DNA of 58,484 nucleotides from Octopus bimaculoides (GCF_001194135.2 NC_068988.1:17268482-17326965), one strand, 5' to 3'. Positions 34,173 through 48,015 are shown, numbered from the stretch's first letter. A program made the numbers and translations. Notes: a model not told the origin generated them from the letters alone.

Positions 34173-36050
34173 CTTTTAATNNNNNNNNNNNNNNNNNNNN
34201 NNNNNNNNNNNNNNNNNNNNNNNNNNNNNNNNNNNNNNNNNNNNNNNNNNNNNNNNNNNNNNNNNNNNNNNNNNNNNNNNNNNNNNNNNNNNNNNNNNNN
34301 NNNNNNNNNNNNNNNNNNNNNNNNNNNNNNNNNNNNNNNNNNNNNNNNNNNNNNNNNNNNNNNNNNNNNNNNNNNNNNNNNNNNNNNNNNNNNNNNNNNN
34401 NNNNNNNNNNNNNNNNNNNNNNNNNNNNNNNNNNNNNNNNNNNNNNNNNNNNNNNNNNNNNNNNNNNNNNNNNNNNNNNNNNNNNNNNNNNNNNNNNNNN
34501 NNNNNNNNNNNATATATATATACTTATGCAGGTATTTAAACACATACACATATAAACTGAAGTATCTCCTTTGAATAGCCGAGAGCCGTAATGTCTAGCC
34601 ATGTTCCCCTTACACGACAACCAAACATGAAGTATCATTTCTGTTTGTCAATGAATTCGTTCATATACTTGTTACACGGTCACCTGTTCGAAATCTACCT
34701 ACCTCTGTACCTACATATTCCCCCTCGCACATACACATACACAAACTTGCTCGCAGGCACATACACACATTTCTATTATGAATGCACGTTTGTGTGTATA
34801 AATGCATTTATATTGCAATTTGAACTGTTCGTACAAGCATGACTACACTGGATTTTGCATTCGATGCATATAGTATTGTTGTTAGGTGGGTGCACTAAAG
34901 AAATTAGTTTATGATATATTTATTTCTTCAGTACCTATGACCATAAATCGATTTATTGTGCACGTGTTCCAGTGATGTACTTTTTAATGATATTTACCAT
35001 AAGAAGACATGATGGCGGTATTGACTTAAAACAAATACTATTTTGCCCTAAACATTCTAACTTGCCACACCCTCAACTCTATCACGTGAATTAAAGTATG
35101 TTCGCTCTTTTTACAAACCTTACTCGTTGAGGTACTTCGTCCTTTTTCTTTCTTTTGCAATAATGTAATGTAATTCTTGGATATATTGCACAGCTCTTAG
35201 TGCAGTTTTGCATTGTGAATTTAGAGATAAATCATATTAAATCGTCAGCCTAAACACTTCGATATATATTGTTCCCTGTAGCATAGTTTTGTGTCATGAA
35301 CCGGATCCTTGTCCGATAAAAGCCTACCGGTAGATGTCTGAGGTTAATGTAATCGGATGGTGTTTGTCCTTTACATAACAAACCAAACAAAAAAATTTGA
35401 CCGCGTGTCAATCAAATTAAAACATTATTATAAATAGCCCTCTATAATCCCAGACTAATTAACTAAGATATTATTAAATTCAAGGTGTGGTAGCTAGGTG
35501 CATTGCACAGTAGATAGCCCGTTGCTACACACACTAGATTGATCGAAAGACAAATATTTGCTGGCTTGCAGGGAAATGGCCTTCTCTATTAATCCACATG
35601 AAGTGAATTAGATGTAAATTTAGAAATTTTATTTCCAGCAAGTTGCATGTGATATGGTGGCTTAAGTATTACTCGTGGTAGTAATATTAATAGCATTCAT
35701 TCAATCAATTAACAAGTGTGCTTGTAACAACGTATGCTTCTAGCTCCATTTATGCAAAAATTCAAATCGCCATCATCAACATTACACAAACAATAATAAC
35801 AATAATCTGCCGTACAAACATTCAACTCAGTTATATCTCCATTTCTACAAATAAATAATCAATCATTATCATCTCTTTCATCATAATAATCATCGACATC
35901 ATCGTCATCATCATCTTTATCGTCATCATCATCATTATCATCATAATGTTTATTAAACCTCTTTATTTCCATTCTCATCTCCGTCTCTCACTCCCACGTG
36001 ATTAGTTCTCCCTTCTCAGTACAGTATGTTTGTATGTATATACATACATT

Positions 36051-36092
<42 letters not shown>

Positions 36093-36108
36093 NNNNNNNN
36101 NNTCCGAT

Positions 36109-36144
<36 letters not shown>

Positions 36145-36300
36145 CATGCATACACAAATACACACGCACCCCTGTAAATAGCATGAGCTACTGGTATGTG
36201 TGTGTTCGTGTCCATGTACACATATTTGTATGTATCTATGTATGTATATTTAGCTTCATCATTACTACAGTTATCTCTGTCTATCTATCTATCTATCTAG

Positions 36301-36356
<56 letters not shown>

Positions 36357-36714
36357 ATATATATATATANNNNNNNNNNNNNNNNNNNNNNNNNNNNNNN
36401 NNNNNNNNNNNNNNNNNNNNNNNNNNNNNNNNNNNNNNNNNNNNNNNNNNNNNNNNNNNNNNNNNNNNNNNNNNNNNNNNNNNNNNNNNNNNNNNNNNNN
36501 NNNNNNNNNNNNNNNNNNNNNNNNNNNNNNNNNNNNNNNNNNNNNNNNNNNNNNNNNNNNNNNNNNNNNNNNNNNNNNNNNNNNNNNNNNNNNNNNNNNN
36601 NNNNNNNNNNNNNNNNNNNNNNNNNNNNNNNNNNNNNNNNNNNNNNNNNNNNNNNNNNNNNNNNNNNNNNNNNNNNNNNNNNNNNNNNNNNNNNNNNNNN
36701 NNNNNNNNNNNNNN

Positions 36715-36762
<48 letters not shown>

Positions 36763-37203
36763 CATATATATGCTGGTGTAGTGGAATTCTGCTCGTGTCA
36801 ATTCGTTTTTGTGTGGGCGTATATATATATACGCATTAACGGATGTGTGTGTGTATGTGTGCATCTGAGTATATGTGTAGCTGTATTAATGCGTGTGAGT
36901 GTACTTATGTATGTATTCGAGCTAATGAATGAGTTCCTTTATGGTCGTTCGTCATCTTACATATGGCTGCCTATTCTCCCTCAAATTACTACCCGCTTGC
37001 TTAAAAATAAAATCATGTAATTTAGCCCTGGCGTACGATTCTTCCAAAAAGCCCATTGTGATGGTCATATCACCCAGCTGGTTCCGTCTTTACCTTCGAT
37101 TATACAGGAAACATATACAATTGCAATTAGTACGTGTGTTTACATATAGAAACACTTTTTCTTTATATACATATACATTGGTATGTAAGTTATATTGAAA
37201 AAA

Positions 37204-37450
37204 AGACACATAAGCTTTCCAAGAAATATATTTATTTCACATTGAAATTATATTATGGATTTTTGTTGGCATATTAAATGATATTCGTCCAATGAATGAA
37301 ATATTTTAGGTAGCTTTAAAACTAGAAAAATAACAGATTAAGTTTAATCTATTCATTAAAGTGTGAGAAAAGAAATTCAACATTAAATTATATTATAGAG
37401 TTCATTTAATTTTAATAATTTAAAGGAAATTCATTAGAAACAAACAGAAG
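37204..37450 (+). repeat. Copy A of a diverged ~250-bp AT-rich direct repeat
   Basis: agacacataagctttccaag...aactagaaa...taatctattcatt...aattcaacatta...taataatttaaaggaa...acagaagt; collinear with 39575-39820. Confidence 0.8.
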
Positions 37451-37509
37451 TGTGTTATTTTCTAAAATTTAATCTTTTCATTTAAGGGTGAGAAAACAAA
37501 TTTTGGCAT

Positions 37510-37665
37510 GTTGTCTATCTTGATGTTCTGAGTTCAAATTCCGCCGAAGTCGAACTGACCTTTCATTCTTTTTACTGGTCGATAAATTAAGTACCAGTCA
37601 AGTTCCAGGGTCGATGTAATAGGTTAACTCTTGTGCCTATAGTAGAAAATATTATTATCATAGTT
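37510..37665 (+). mobile_element. SINE S3, 5'-truncated
   Basis: gttctgagttcaaattccgccgaagtcga...ttgtgcctatagtagaaaatattattatc. Confidence 0.8.
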
Positions 37666-37681
37666 CTTCTTATTAATATAG

Positions 37682-38982
37682 ATGCTGTTACACTACCCTA
37701 AGAGAATACGAAAAGCCTACAGGAGCAATGATCAACCACGAGAAGTCAGTAAGCTTGCAGCTCGGCACCTGGAGAGGAAGGCCCCACGACAACCGACAGC
37801 CTGGTGGAGCGCTGGACGGAAGGATCTGTTAAGTTGCTCGGGGTCTAGTTCTGTCCGTATCTCCAAGTGGACAAGAACTGGGCGAGGTGACAGACAGGGT
37901 GGCCAGTCTCACCCAGAAACGCGCCGACAGGAAGCCATCCCTGAAAGGTCGGGTGGGAGTAGCTACTGCGTATATCGCATCCGTCATACTGTCTCACTGT
38001 CTTTCTTTGCACCTGTTCGTGGCTGAACGGGCTGGTACGTTTGCTCTTCTACTTTTTGTGGAGGGGACAGATACCACTTGTGAGACGCCCCATTTGCTGT
38101 CGGCACCCGTTGCATGGAGCACTGAGTATGCCGTGGCTGAGCATGCGCAGACAAGCACTGAGGCTGCGACATCTCCAACGATACCTTAACGCTGAGCATA
38201 TGTGGCCACCGTTTGTTGAACGCGCTTTTCCGTAGCTCGTCTCCTTGACATAGTTACGAACCCAGACCAAGCGTAGATCGAAGCAGGGCGCTTGTCACTT
38301 AGAGTGTCTCCGGGAACTATTGATAACCTTTAGAAATCCCAAGCCTGGCTGTGTTACATGCTCTCGTACAGTGGCCGCGCATTGCCGACTTGTGGAGCTT
38401 TGTTGATCAGTTATTGTCACGTGTAGGACGGATCAGGCTATCGTCTAAGACGATTGTAAAGATTGCGTCGCCTCCTTCTTTTGGCCGGAAAGGCAGGGTA
38501 TTTTTTTCTGTTTGGTGGCTATGGCAAAAGAGGTTGTATAGTGGACGAGATTGAAAGGGTTGAAGACGGGTACCATGCTCGTTGGCAAAGACCTCACTGA
38601 CATTTTCAGGTTCCACCTGGAAAGGAAACAGGTTGGAAAGGGAGGTACTGTTACCCAGTAAGTTCGTTGAGAGATGGATGAATGTTAGCAAGAATGGCCC
38701 GTATGAATGGGTTTAATCTAAATGTACGCTTGTAGGCCGGATGGGAGGAAGAGGAGAGGGTGCCTTCCTAAGGAGACGGTGGTGTTAAGGGGTCCAATGT
38801 GCGTGAGGTCACTTTGGTCACCTTACAGTGGAACTTCCTCCTGTTGTGAAAACGTATTTTTACTTCAATCTCTATGTTAATCGTTGCGTTTGTTGGATGT
38901 TTACACGTTTAACTTCACTGTTCCTCGCTTCTGTATCGTCCTCTATGTCTTATGTTCGGCCCTGGTAGCCAATAAAGAAAGA
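37682..38982 (+). mobile_element. L1/Tx1-type LINE, 5'-truncated 3' portion of ORF2 plus 3'UTR
   Basis: Cross-frame peptide YEKPTGAMINHEKS (RT end), PSLKGR, LLFYFLWRGQIPLVRR...GALSMPWL, DNL*KSQAW, LHALVQ (zinc-finger region), stop at 38733-38735. AATAAA at 38971, then (ATT)n to about 39048. Confidence 0.82.
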
Positions 38983-39035
<53 letters not shown>

Positions 39036-39049
39036 CATCATTATTATTG

Positions 39050-39272
39050 GGGTGGAGAGCTGGCAGAAATGTCAGTACGCTGGGCGAAATGCTTAGCGGA
39101 ATTTCGTATGCCACTACGTCCTGCGTTCAAATTCCGCCGAGGTCGACTTCACCTTTCATCCTTTCAGGATTGATAGATTAAGTACCAGCTAAATTCTGGA
39201 GTCGATGTAATAGACTAGTCCCCTCCCCCAAAACGTCACGCCTTGAGCTTATAATAGAAAGGATTATCATTA
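39050..39272 (+). mobile_element. SINE S3
   Basis: gagctggcagaaatgtcagtacgctgggcgaaatgcttagc...agaaaggattatcatt. Confidence 0.88.
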
Positions 39273-39284
39273 TGCTTATTTCTG

Positions 39285-39500
39285 AGACGGCGAGCTGGCA
39301 GAATGGTTAGCACCCCGGGCGAAATGATTAACGGTATTTCGTCTGCTGCAACGTTCTGAGTTCAAACTTCGCCGAGGTCGACTTTGCCTTTCATTCTTCG
39401 ATTAAAGAAGTACTAGTTACGCACTGTTCCCGATGTAATCGACTTAATCCTTTTCCATAAATTTGAAGCCTTGTGCTTTCAATAGAAATGATTATTATTC
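39285..39500 (+). mobile_element. SINE S3, tandem copy
   Basis: gacggcgagctggcagaatggttagcaccccgggcgaaat...agaaatgattattatt. Confidence 0.88.
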
Positions 39501-39574
39501 TTGTTGTTTTTGCTGTTCTTGTTGTTGCTGATACTCTGTTCATGATTACACATTAATAAATAATTGATATTCAT

Positions 39575-39820
39575 AGACACATGAGCTTTCCAAGGAATAT
39601 ATTCATTTCCAATTGAAAATATATAAGTGTTTTCTGTTGACATAAATATTTGTTTTCTTTCAGTGAAAGAAATATTTTTGGTAGTTTTCAAACTAGAAAC
39701 ATACTGGTTCAGATTAATCTATTCATTTAAGATTGAGAAAAATAATTCAACATTAGACCACATTTTATAAGACATTTATGTTTAATAATTTAAAGGAAGT
39801 TCATGACAAATACACAGAAG
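39575..39820 (+). repeat. Copy B of the ~250-bp AT-rich direct repeat
   Basis: Collinear with 37204-37450. Confidence 0.8.
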
Positions 39821-40408
39821 TAAGATATTGTAAGTTATTTCAACACTTCATAATGCTGTCTAGATTCAACACAATTTACAAACTCAGTAAGTAGTAGCAA
39901 AACCTAAAATGAGGTTATTTGTCAAGGAGTTTTTATAAGCTCGTACATTAAAGGAGCCTAGAATATGCCTGTAGAAAAATTTATTTATCAGTGAAATTAG
40001 ATTATTTTATTATATTAATGTAGTCAGATATTTCAAAAGTTTTATCCTATTTTTCACCATTTCTCATATGATTGATTACAAATCTCGCCTTTGACGTCAA
40101 GTGAATTTTCTTTCTTTATTTTATTTCTTTTTCCTTTCTTTCTTTCTTTATTTATTTATTTTCGACACAATCATAAACAATTCCTAATTGGAACTGTTTA
40201 CTCACTATTTTGGCATCACAAAAATAATTTCCTAAAAATTCCATTTCAAAATTGATTTTTTATTACTTTCGATATCTGTACTCCTTAGCACAATTTTTAT
40301 ATATTTATTAACATACATAATATATTTATCTACATACATACGCGTGTGTGTTCGTGTGTGTGCGTGTGTGTGTCTATACACATCTATATACATGAGTGTG
40401 CGTGTAGG

Positions 40409-40456
<48 letters not shown>

Positions 40457-40814
40457 CGTGTGTATATACATACTCACATACATATATATATATATATACT
40501 ATATTCATAGCGCTTTTGAAATATTAATCAGGCCGCTGACATCGATTTGGTTCATCATAACTCTTAATCAATCCCCGTTTGTTGAAATTTTACCTCCACT
40601 CAATAATATCTATCAATACAGTTACGAATACTTGCATGTCTTATGTTAGAATCTTTCACTGATTTCATTTTACATCTTATATTTTGTTTGTATATATATA
40701 TATACTGATATATATAAGTGAAAATTTGTTAGTTCCGATGTATTTTGAAGCCAGCCATACGTAAATTAAGAATCTAATTACTTATTTTTTTTCTTTTAAT
40801 TTGTAAGTATAAAG

Positions 40815-40985
40815 TAATGCTCTGCAGCAAAATACTGCCAGGTATTGTGTTTGGATGAATTACATTCTGAATTCAAATTTGGCTGCGGGCATCTTGGTCT
40901 TTGGTTCTTCCTTGTCGATAAAAAGAAAAACTACCATGTACCAAGGTCGATGATATCGGCTAACCTCCACAGCCGAAAACCATTA
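40815..40985 (+). mobile_element. SINE S3, strongly degenerate
   Basis: acattctgaattcaaatttggctgcgg...cttgtcgataaaaag...gtaccaaggtcgatg. Confidence 0.45.
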
Positions 40986-41003
40986 GCCCTCTACTCTTCT
41001 TTA

Positions 41004-41213
41004 ACTCTTTTACTTGTTTCAGTCATTTGACTGCGGCCATGCTGGAGCACCGCCTTTAGTCGAGCAAATCGACCCCAGGACTTATTCTTTGGCGGCCTAG
41101 TACTTATTCTATCGGACACTTTTGCCGAACCGCTAGGTTACAGGGACGTAAACACACCAGCATCGGTTGTCAAGCGATGTCGGGGGGGGGATAAACACAG
41201 ACACACAAACACG

Positions 41214-41268
<55 letters not shown>

Positions 41269-41427
41269 GGCTTCTTTCAGTTTCCGTCTACCAAATCCAC
41301 TCACAAGGCTTTCGTCGGTCCGAAGCTATAGTAGTAGACACTTGCCCAAGGTGCCACGCAGTGGGAATGAACCCGGAACCATGTGGTTGGTAAGCAAGCT
41401 ACTTACCACACAGCCACTCCTGCGCCT
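41004..41427 (-). mobile_element. SINE S2, full length, ungapped, internal (CA)n(TA)n
   Basis: Reverse complement of the 22733-23174 architecture. Confidence 0.92.
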
Positions 41428-41455
41428 CTGCCTAAACTAATAACAAATATTGCTA

Positions 41456-41458
41456 TTG

Positions 41459-41504
<46 letters not shown>

Positions 41505-41564
41505 CATTATTATTATGATTGTTGTTGTTGTTGTTATTATAATTATTATTATTTATTATTATTG

Positions 41565-41660
<96 letters not shown>
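41456..41660. repeat. Compound (ATT)/(GTT)/(AGT) microsatellite
   Basis: Direct reading of the sequence. Confidence 0.95.
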
Positions 41661-42281
41661 CACGGAGCGATGAAATCGTTCTGCATGCTCTCGTACAGTG
41701 CCCGCACACTGCTGACTTGTGGAGCTTTGTCCAACAGTTATTGTCACGTGCTGGAGGAATCCGGCTATCATCCAAGACCATTGTGCATGTAGCCCCGCGT
41801 CCTTCTTTTGATCGGGAAGGGAGAGCAATTTTTCTCTGTCTGGTGACTATGGTAAAAGAGGTTGTGTTGTAGACGCGATTTAAAGGGTTGAAGATGGGTA
41901 CCTTCCTATTTGGCCAAGGCCTCATTAACCTTTTTAGGTCGCAGTGAGGCTGGGGAGGGAGGTGCTGTTACCCAGTAAGTCCGTTGAGAGGTGATTGAAT
42001 GTGGAAAGAATGGCCCGCGTGATTGGGTCTACTCTAAGTGTGCACCTGTAGGCAGGAAATAAAGGCGAAGAAAGTGTGCTTTCCAGAGGAGCCGTCGGTG
42101 TTAAGGGGTCCAAAATGTATGAGGTTGACTTTGGTCACCTTACGGTGGAACTCTTCCTTATTGGGAAAGTATATTGTTGATTTAATCTCTTTGTTAATCG
42201 TTGTGTTTGTTGGATGCTTACACGTTTAATCTCACCGTTCCTCGACTCTCTATCGTCCTCTATGTTTTGTGTTCGGCCCTG

Positions 42282-42284
<3 letters not shown>
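41661..42284 (+). mobile_element. L1/Tx1-type LINE, second and shorter 3' fragment, (ATT)n tail to about 42449
   Basis: SDEIVLHALVQCPHTADLWSFVQQLLSR...; collinear with 38352-38966. Confidence 0.85.
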
Positions 42285-42343
<59 letters not shown>

Positions 42344-42359
42344 GTTATTATTATTATTA

Positions 42360-42433
<74 letters not shown>

Positions 42434-42449
42434 GTTATTATTATTATTA

Positions 42450-42650
42450 AGTCGGTGAGCTGGTAGAATCGCTAGCACGCCGGGCGAAATGTTTATCAGT
42501 ATTTCATCTTCCGCTAGGTCGACTTTGCCTTTCATCCTTTTGAGGTTGATAAATTAAGCACCAGTGAAACATTGGGGTCAATGTAATAGACTGGTCCACA
42601 CCCCCAACTTTCAGGCCTTGTGCCTATTGTAGAAAGGATTATTATTACTA
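42450..42650 (+). mobile_element. SINE S3 with internal deletion
   Basis: gtcggtgagctggtagaatcgctagcacgccgggcgaaat...caggccttgtgcctattgtagaaaggattatt. Confidence 0.88.
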
Positions 42651-42815
42651 TATGGTTAGCACGCCGGGCAGAAAGTTTAGCAGCCTCTCATCTGTCTTAT
42701 CGTTCTGAGTTCAAATTCCACCAAGACATACTTTACCTTTAATCTTTCAGTTGTCGATAAATTATGTACCAGTCCATTCCTAAGATCGATGTTATCGCCT
42801 ATCGACAATTTTCAC
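42651..42815 (+). mobile_element. SINE S3, degenerate tandem copy
   Basis: gttagcacgccgggcagaaagtttagc...gttctgagttcaaattccacc. Confidence 0.7.
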
Positions 42816-43125
42816 TTTAGTGTGATCATTAAAATATGTAACTGTATTATAATGATTTCATTCATGTAACTACTTTTGTTTCAAAACGTTCACTCTTGTG
42901 AAAATATTGGGAACTTATATTTGGCATTTAATACTGTGAAGTAAAAGTGATTTTTGGAAAAGATGCACCAGATTCTGTTACTATTTACCATTTTGGAACA
43001 GTTTCATGTCTCGTATGTTGGCAAAACATTTGCAACAAACTCTAGTAACTTAATCACACAAACGTCGTCATTTACTGATATTTGACTTTACGATCATGGC
43101 GAAAACTTGCATTTACTGCATTTAC

Positions 43126-43185
43126 CTGTAATCTGTATGAAATATAGTGAGATTTTGAAGATAAAATATATACAAAACCGTTTCG
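43126..43185 (-). CDS. Weak candidate 60-nt exon (KRFCIYFIFKISLYFIQIT-G, hydrophobic, phase 1-1)
   Basis: Acceptor tgtacttcacttctAG; donor CAG|GTAAAT. Confidence 0.18.
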
Positions 43186-44722
43186 CTAGAAGTGAAGTAC
43201 ATAATAAATTAAAATTAAATGCATTTAATGTATGAAAAAGATAAAAACCTTTTTGTAAATTATAATTTTGGCAAAAATAGCCTATCATTACGAAGAATAC
43301 AATAATGAACAATATAGTAAAATATCAAATTATTAAGTCACAATCACACAAACCCAAATGCGTGTCTGTTGTTGTGAAAAATTACAAGTCCTTAACATGT
43401 CTGATGAATGCAAAGTCAAGTACTTTTACATTCAGGATAAAACTACACGGGTGAAGGATTTTTGATGTTTTTTTTCTCAATAAGTCTATATAAGATTTTA
43501 GTGAGTGTATACGAATTGAACTCGACTCTTTCCATATTTCTCTCTCTTTCTATTTCATTTCTCTCTCCTTTTAATTTCTCATCTTCACTTTATCTCTAGC
43601 CCTACTACTATGCTGCTTTCTCCTTTTCTCTCTTTCGCTGTCTCTGTCTGTCTCTCTGTTTCTCTGTTTCTCTCTGTCTCTCTGTTTCTCTCTGTCTTTG
43701 TTCCGCCCGTCTCTCTCTCTCTCCCTTTCTCTCTGTTTCTTTGATATCGATATCAACCATGAATGCTATCATATCATTAGTATTGGGAAGCGATAATTTC
43801 TGCAAATATTATTTTTCGTGGTGAGGGATTCGGATCTTAAAGTATATAATTAACAATTATTGGAAAACACGGCCTGTTATGTTGGTTTTAAAGAAAGACA
43901 GTAAAACAGAAAATGAGTCATTAAAGGAAAGGAAAATAGTACAAAATAATTGGCTGAAGTTAAAAGATAAACGCAGAAAGAAATATTAGGAGGGAAACAA
44001 GTAAAAACAAAGCGCAGAAGGAAAAGGAGCAATGAACTGGCTACAAAAACTGACGAACAAGAAAACATAGTAATACCTTACTAAATATCAGGCTTTCTTT
44101 TAATACGCTTCCTTCTTGGTAGTAATGATCTTCATTGTTTGTGCTTTTATTCCGTTTATTGTTACCTGAATTGTTTGTATATTTCTATTAAGGAATCTTC
44201 TTAAATAGGCTTTGATTTTCCTTGGTGACGCACCATTATTTTAACTAAAATTTGAACGAGTTACTTCTCTTCTGTGATTTGACATCCAATGAAAACCCAT
44301 CAATATTTTCGTACGAACCGAAGTTATACAGCGATGAAATATCTGAAACCTACTACTTGAAATACTCACGTTTACGATTTACATTTAAAGGTTTTATCAG
44401 TCAGCATATAGTGACAGCATTGAAGTTTGTAAACTTGTTTGGCTACTGTTACACCTGATTAGTACTTTGGACCAAAACTATTTCACAAAGCCATTAACTT
44501 AGCCCATTGTGTCATAACCCATTGTTTCTAAACCTACCATATCCGACTCAATTATTCTGTTATACGTTCAGACTTGCCAGATCTGGCCTCTCACACCTAA
44601 CCTACAATGTCATTCTACACAGAGCAATCTTATCATCAAGATTTCAAAGCAGCAAGAGAATGTGTAAATAAATAAGATTTATATTTGACGGAATAATCTG
44701 AATGCTAACATTAATGTTTTCG

Positions 44723-44990
44723 CTCCTTTACTTGTTTCAGTCATTTGACTGCAGCCAGGCTGGAGCACCGCCTGTAGTCGAGCCTATCAACCCCAGGACT
44801 TATTCTTTTCAAGTCTAGTACTTATTCTATCGGTTTCTTATTGTCGAACCGCTAAGTTACGGGGACGTGAACACACCAGCCTCGGTTGTCAAGCGATGCT
44901 GGAGGGANNNNNNNNNNCACGCAGTGGGACTGAACCCGGAACTATGTGGTTGGTAAGCAAGCTACTTACCACACGGCCACCCCTGCGCCT
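44723..44990 (-). mobile_element. SINE S2 with collapsed gap inside
   Basis: Both ends collinear with 41004-41427. Confidence 0.88.
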
Positions 44991-45390
44991 TTAAATATTA
45001 TTTGAACACTTTGTTCAATACAGAATGTAAAAATATTAAACGTGGTTTGGTATACTGTGCTATACCTATTCTTTATGGTATACAAGTGCAAAAATATTTT
45101 TAGCGAAGGTAAAATTTAAGAAGTGGTATACGAAGTATAGCAGATTATCTGAAACCTTACATTGTGAGTCACACCAATTGAATTTTTATTTCTCTTTATT
45201 TTGTGATGTATCAAGACTAATGCTAACATTCAATATGAGTGTCAAGAGCAGTATTAACACACGCCATATACATATATATAGATTTAGAAAGCGATTACAT
45301 AAAATGTGTTTAAAAAGCTTCATTCCTAAATAAGGCACAATATTTTGCTGGACACAAACAATAAAAGCACTTCTTGACTCATGTTTATAT

Positions 45391-45772
45391 GTTGTTGGCA
45401 CTCCGTGGCTTACGACGTCGAGGGTTCCAGTTGATCCAATCAACGGAACAGCCTGCTCGTGAAATTAACGTGCAAGTGGCTGAGCACTCCACAGACACGT
45501 GTACTCTAAACGTAGTTCTCGGGGAGATTCAGCGTGACACAGTGTGACAAGGCTGACTCTTTGAATTACAGGCACAAGAGAAACAGGAAGTAAGAGTGAG
45601 AGAAAGTTGTGGTGGAAGAGTACAGCAGAGTTCGCAACCAACCCCTGCCGGAGCCTCGTGGAGCTTTAGGTGTTTTCGCTCAATAAACACTCAACGCCCG
45701 GTCTGAGAATCGAAACCGCGATCCTATGACCGTGAATCCGCTGCCCTAACCACTGGGCCATTGCGCCTCCAC
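45391..45772 (-). mobile_element. SINE S1, full length
   Basis: Reverse complement of 7768-8143; catgttt on both flanks. Confidence 0.92.
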
Positions 45773-46489
45773 CATGTTTTTATGAGTCACTCTTAAAGGT
45801 TGAGGTATTGTCTTTGCTGTTTCAATGTGACCTCGGAACATGAATTAAATAATCCGAACACATTGTACTAATCACTTGTATCTGAGAGGTTTACTGCCAT
45901 AGTCACTACAAATACTAACAAGTCTACGAATACGTTATTCCATTACTGGCAAAATAATTAAAAATCTGGCAGTGGAAGAGAAGAACCTCTGTATTATTGG
46001 TCTAAAAACCTTACAATTCTCATTTTATACCGAGTACAAACTTAGTCTGAATACTGCGAGGTTTAGCTTTTGCTTCTGTTACATAAGTACCAGGCGGAAG
46101 GTCTGGATGGCACAAAGTACTTTGATACGCATATGAGTACTTTTATATTTTAAAGTGTAGAACTATTTCTTGAACACGCTCTTCGTGACATATGGCCCTA
46201 CGCAGAAAATTTCTCGCATTAAATCTGATTCGAAATTTGCATATGTTTTAGCATCACTAGAACTTCAAGAAACTTTGCATTTCAGAGTAGGAGGTGAAAG
46301 TGTTGTAACGAAAAAAGAGCATGAATAATAAATAGGATCACATCTCTCATTTGATTTACACAACAACGCCCGCCCACCACCTCAGTTATTGCTCTTTCCA
46401 TAAAACCAAGGAAAGCGCATTTATGTGTTTGCGCCTCTTGCTAGAAATAGCAACGAAATTACCGTTGCTATTTCTGCTACTTCTAAACA

Positions 46490-46700
46490 AGGACACATAC
46501 ATTGGATACTGTAATCATTGATTCCATATAATATAAATCGACAAGGCCACGGAATTGTAAATTGCCTTTCATCTTTGGTTGTCCAATTTCAAAACGTACG
46601 AAGATTTGAAGAACACCAGCAATATTTTGCAGAGAAACTCGAATCTGGTTCTGTATAAAATAGCTTCTGACGTCTTTCAAATAATGCACCGCATTATAAA
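46490..46700 (-). mobile_element. Possible RTE-type LINE RT C-terminal relic
   Basis: KAIYNSVALSI followed by frameshifted LLYG-like sequence resembles the RTE motif K.YKAVVLS.LLYG.E.W. Confidence 0.25.
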
Positions 46701-47082
46701 TAACTGCTTCACTCTTACCTTATTTCCTATACTACGCAAAAAAGCCTTCATTCACGGAACCCTTTTTAGTGGAATTATTCCTACTCAGTTTGAGCTCTGC
46801 CAGTATCATTAGCTACATCAAAACTACATGTTATTGATTGGCTAGGAAGCATCTGTCATGGATTAGTGGTAATCCTATTTCTCTTCAGATACAGCGATAG
46901 AAAGGCATAGGCACTCTAACTATATACATTCATATATAGGCATTTTATACACATGCAAGTACACTCTCGTGTATATGCATGTATGTATATATATAAGTAT
47001 ATGTATTTGTGTACGTCCACATACACAATTATATATTCATTTACATATATACACATGCATACACAGACGTACATACTTTATC

Positions 47083-47177
<95 letters not shown>

Positions 47178-47809
47178 TTGATATTAAGCAGCATATATCT
47201 TATAGCCTATTTAACAGTTGCCATTATGTAACGCAATAAACTTTAGGTAAACATATATTGAGCTGAATAGAATCCAGCTGAATAATCTATCAGCTATGTA
47301 TCGATAAAATATATTACAAACTAATATTTATTATTGTATGTGATTCACAAGATGTCAAAGGTCAAATCCAGTGAATACCCAATCTCAAAGTAAATGATTG
47401 TATTTCTCATCGGATCACCAATTCCATCCTGATATTCGACAGTTTAATTCTAGAGATACAGTTGTTCGGGCTATAGCGTGAAAACAGAACTGTCATCTTT
47501 CAAATGAAATCGCATTCTAAAGAGCTTACGTTGGCGACATGTCATTTGGAATAATGGTTGCTACTTAAAGATCAAGGCTTCAAACTGACATAATAGAGTT
47601 ATATGGGATGACGTTCGTGGCGACATCCAACTGTTCATGATCATTGGCAATCACGTTTTCAAAGCTGATTGTTCTTCGTAATTTATATAATGAAACATTA
47701 AAAAAAAAACAGATCACAAATATTTCTTTTGTTGTACGTGTGGGCGGGAACATGTGCGTGTCTATATATATATATATGTGTTTGAAATTACATGTGTAGG
47801 TGTATCTTT

Positions 47810-48015
47810 AATCTGTTGTTTCATCCATTAGACTACAGCCATGCTGGGGCACCGCCTTGAAGTAGTTTAGTCAGGCTTATCAACAGAAGTTCTTACAACT
47901 ATTTTAAAAGCCACGTACGTTTTTTATCGAATCCTTTCTTTTACCGAACCGTTAGGTTACTCGGATGTAAACACCGGCTATGATGCGGTAGCAGGGGACA
48001 GACACAAACCCAGGT

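Noticed and set aside
46443-46490. Helitron 3' end (hairpin + CTAA)
   Set aside because: CTAA is not followed by the expected T and no 5' TC terminus is identifiable.
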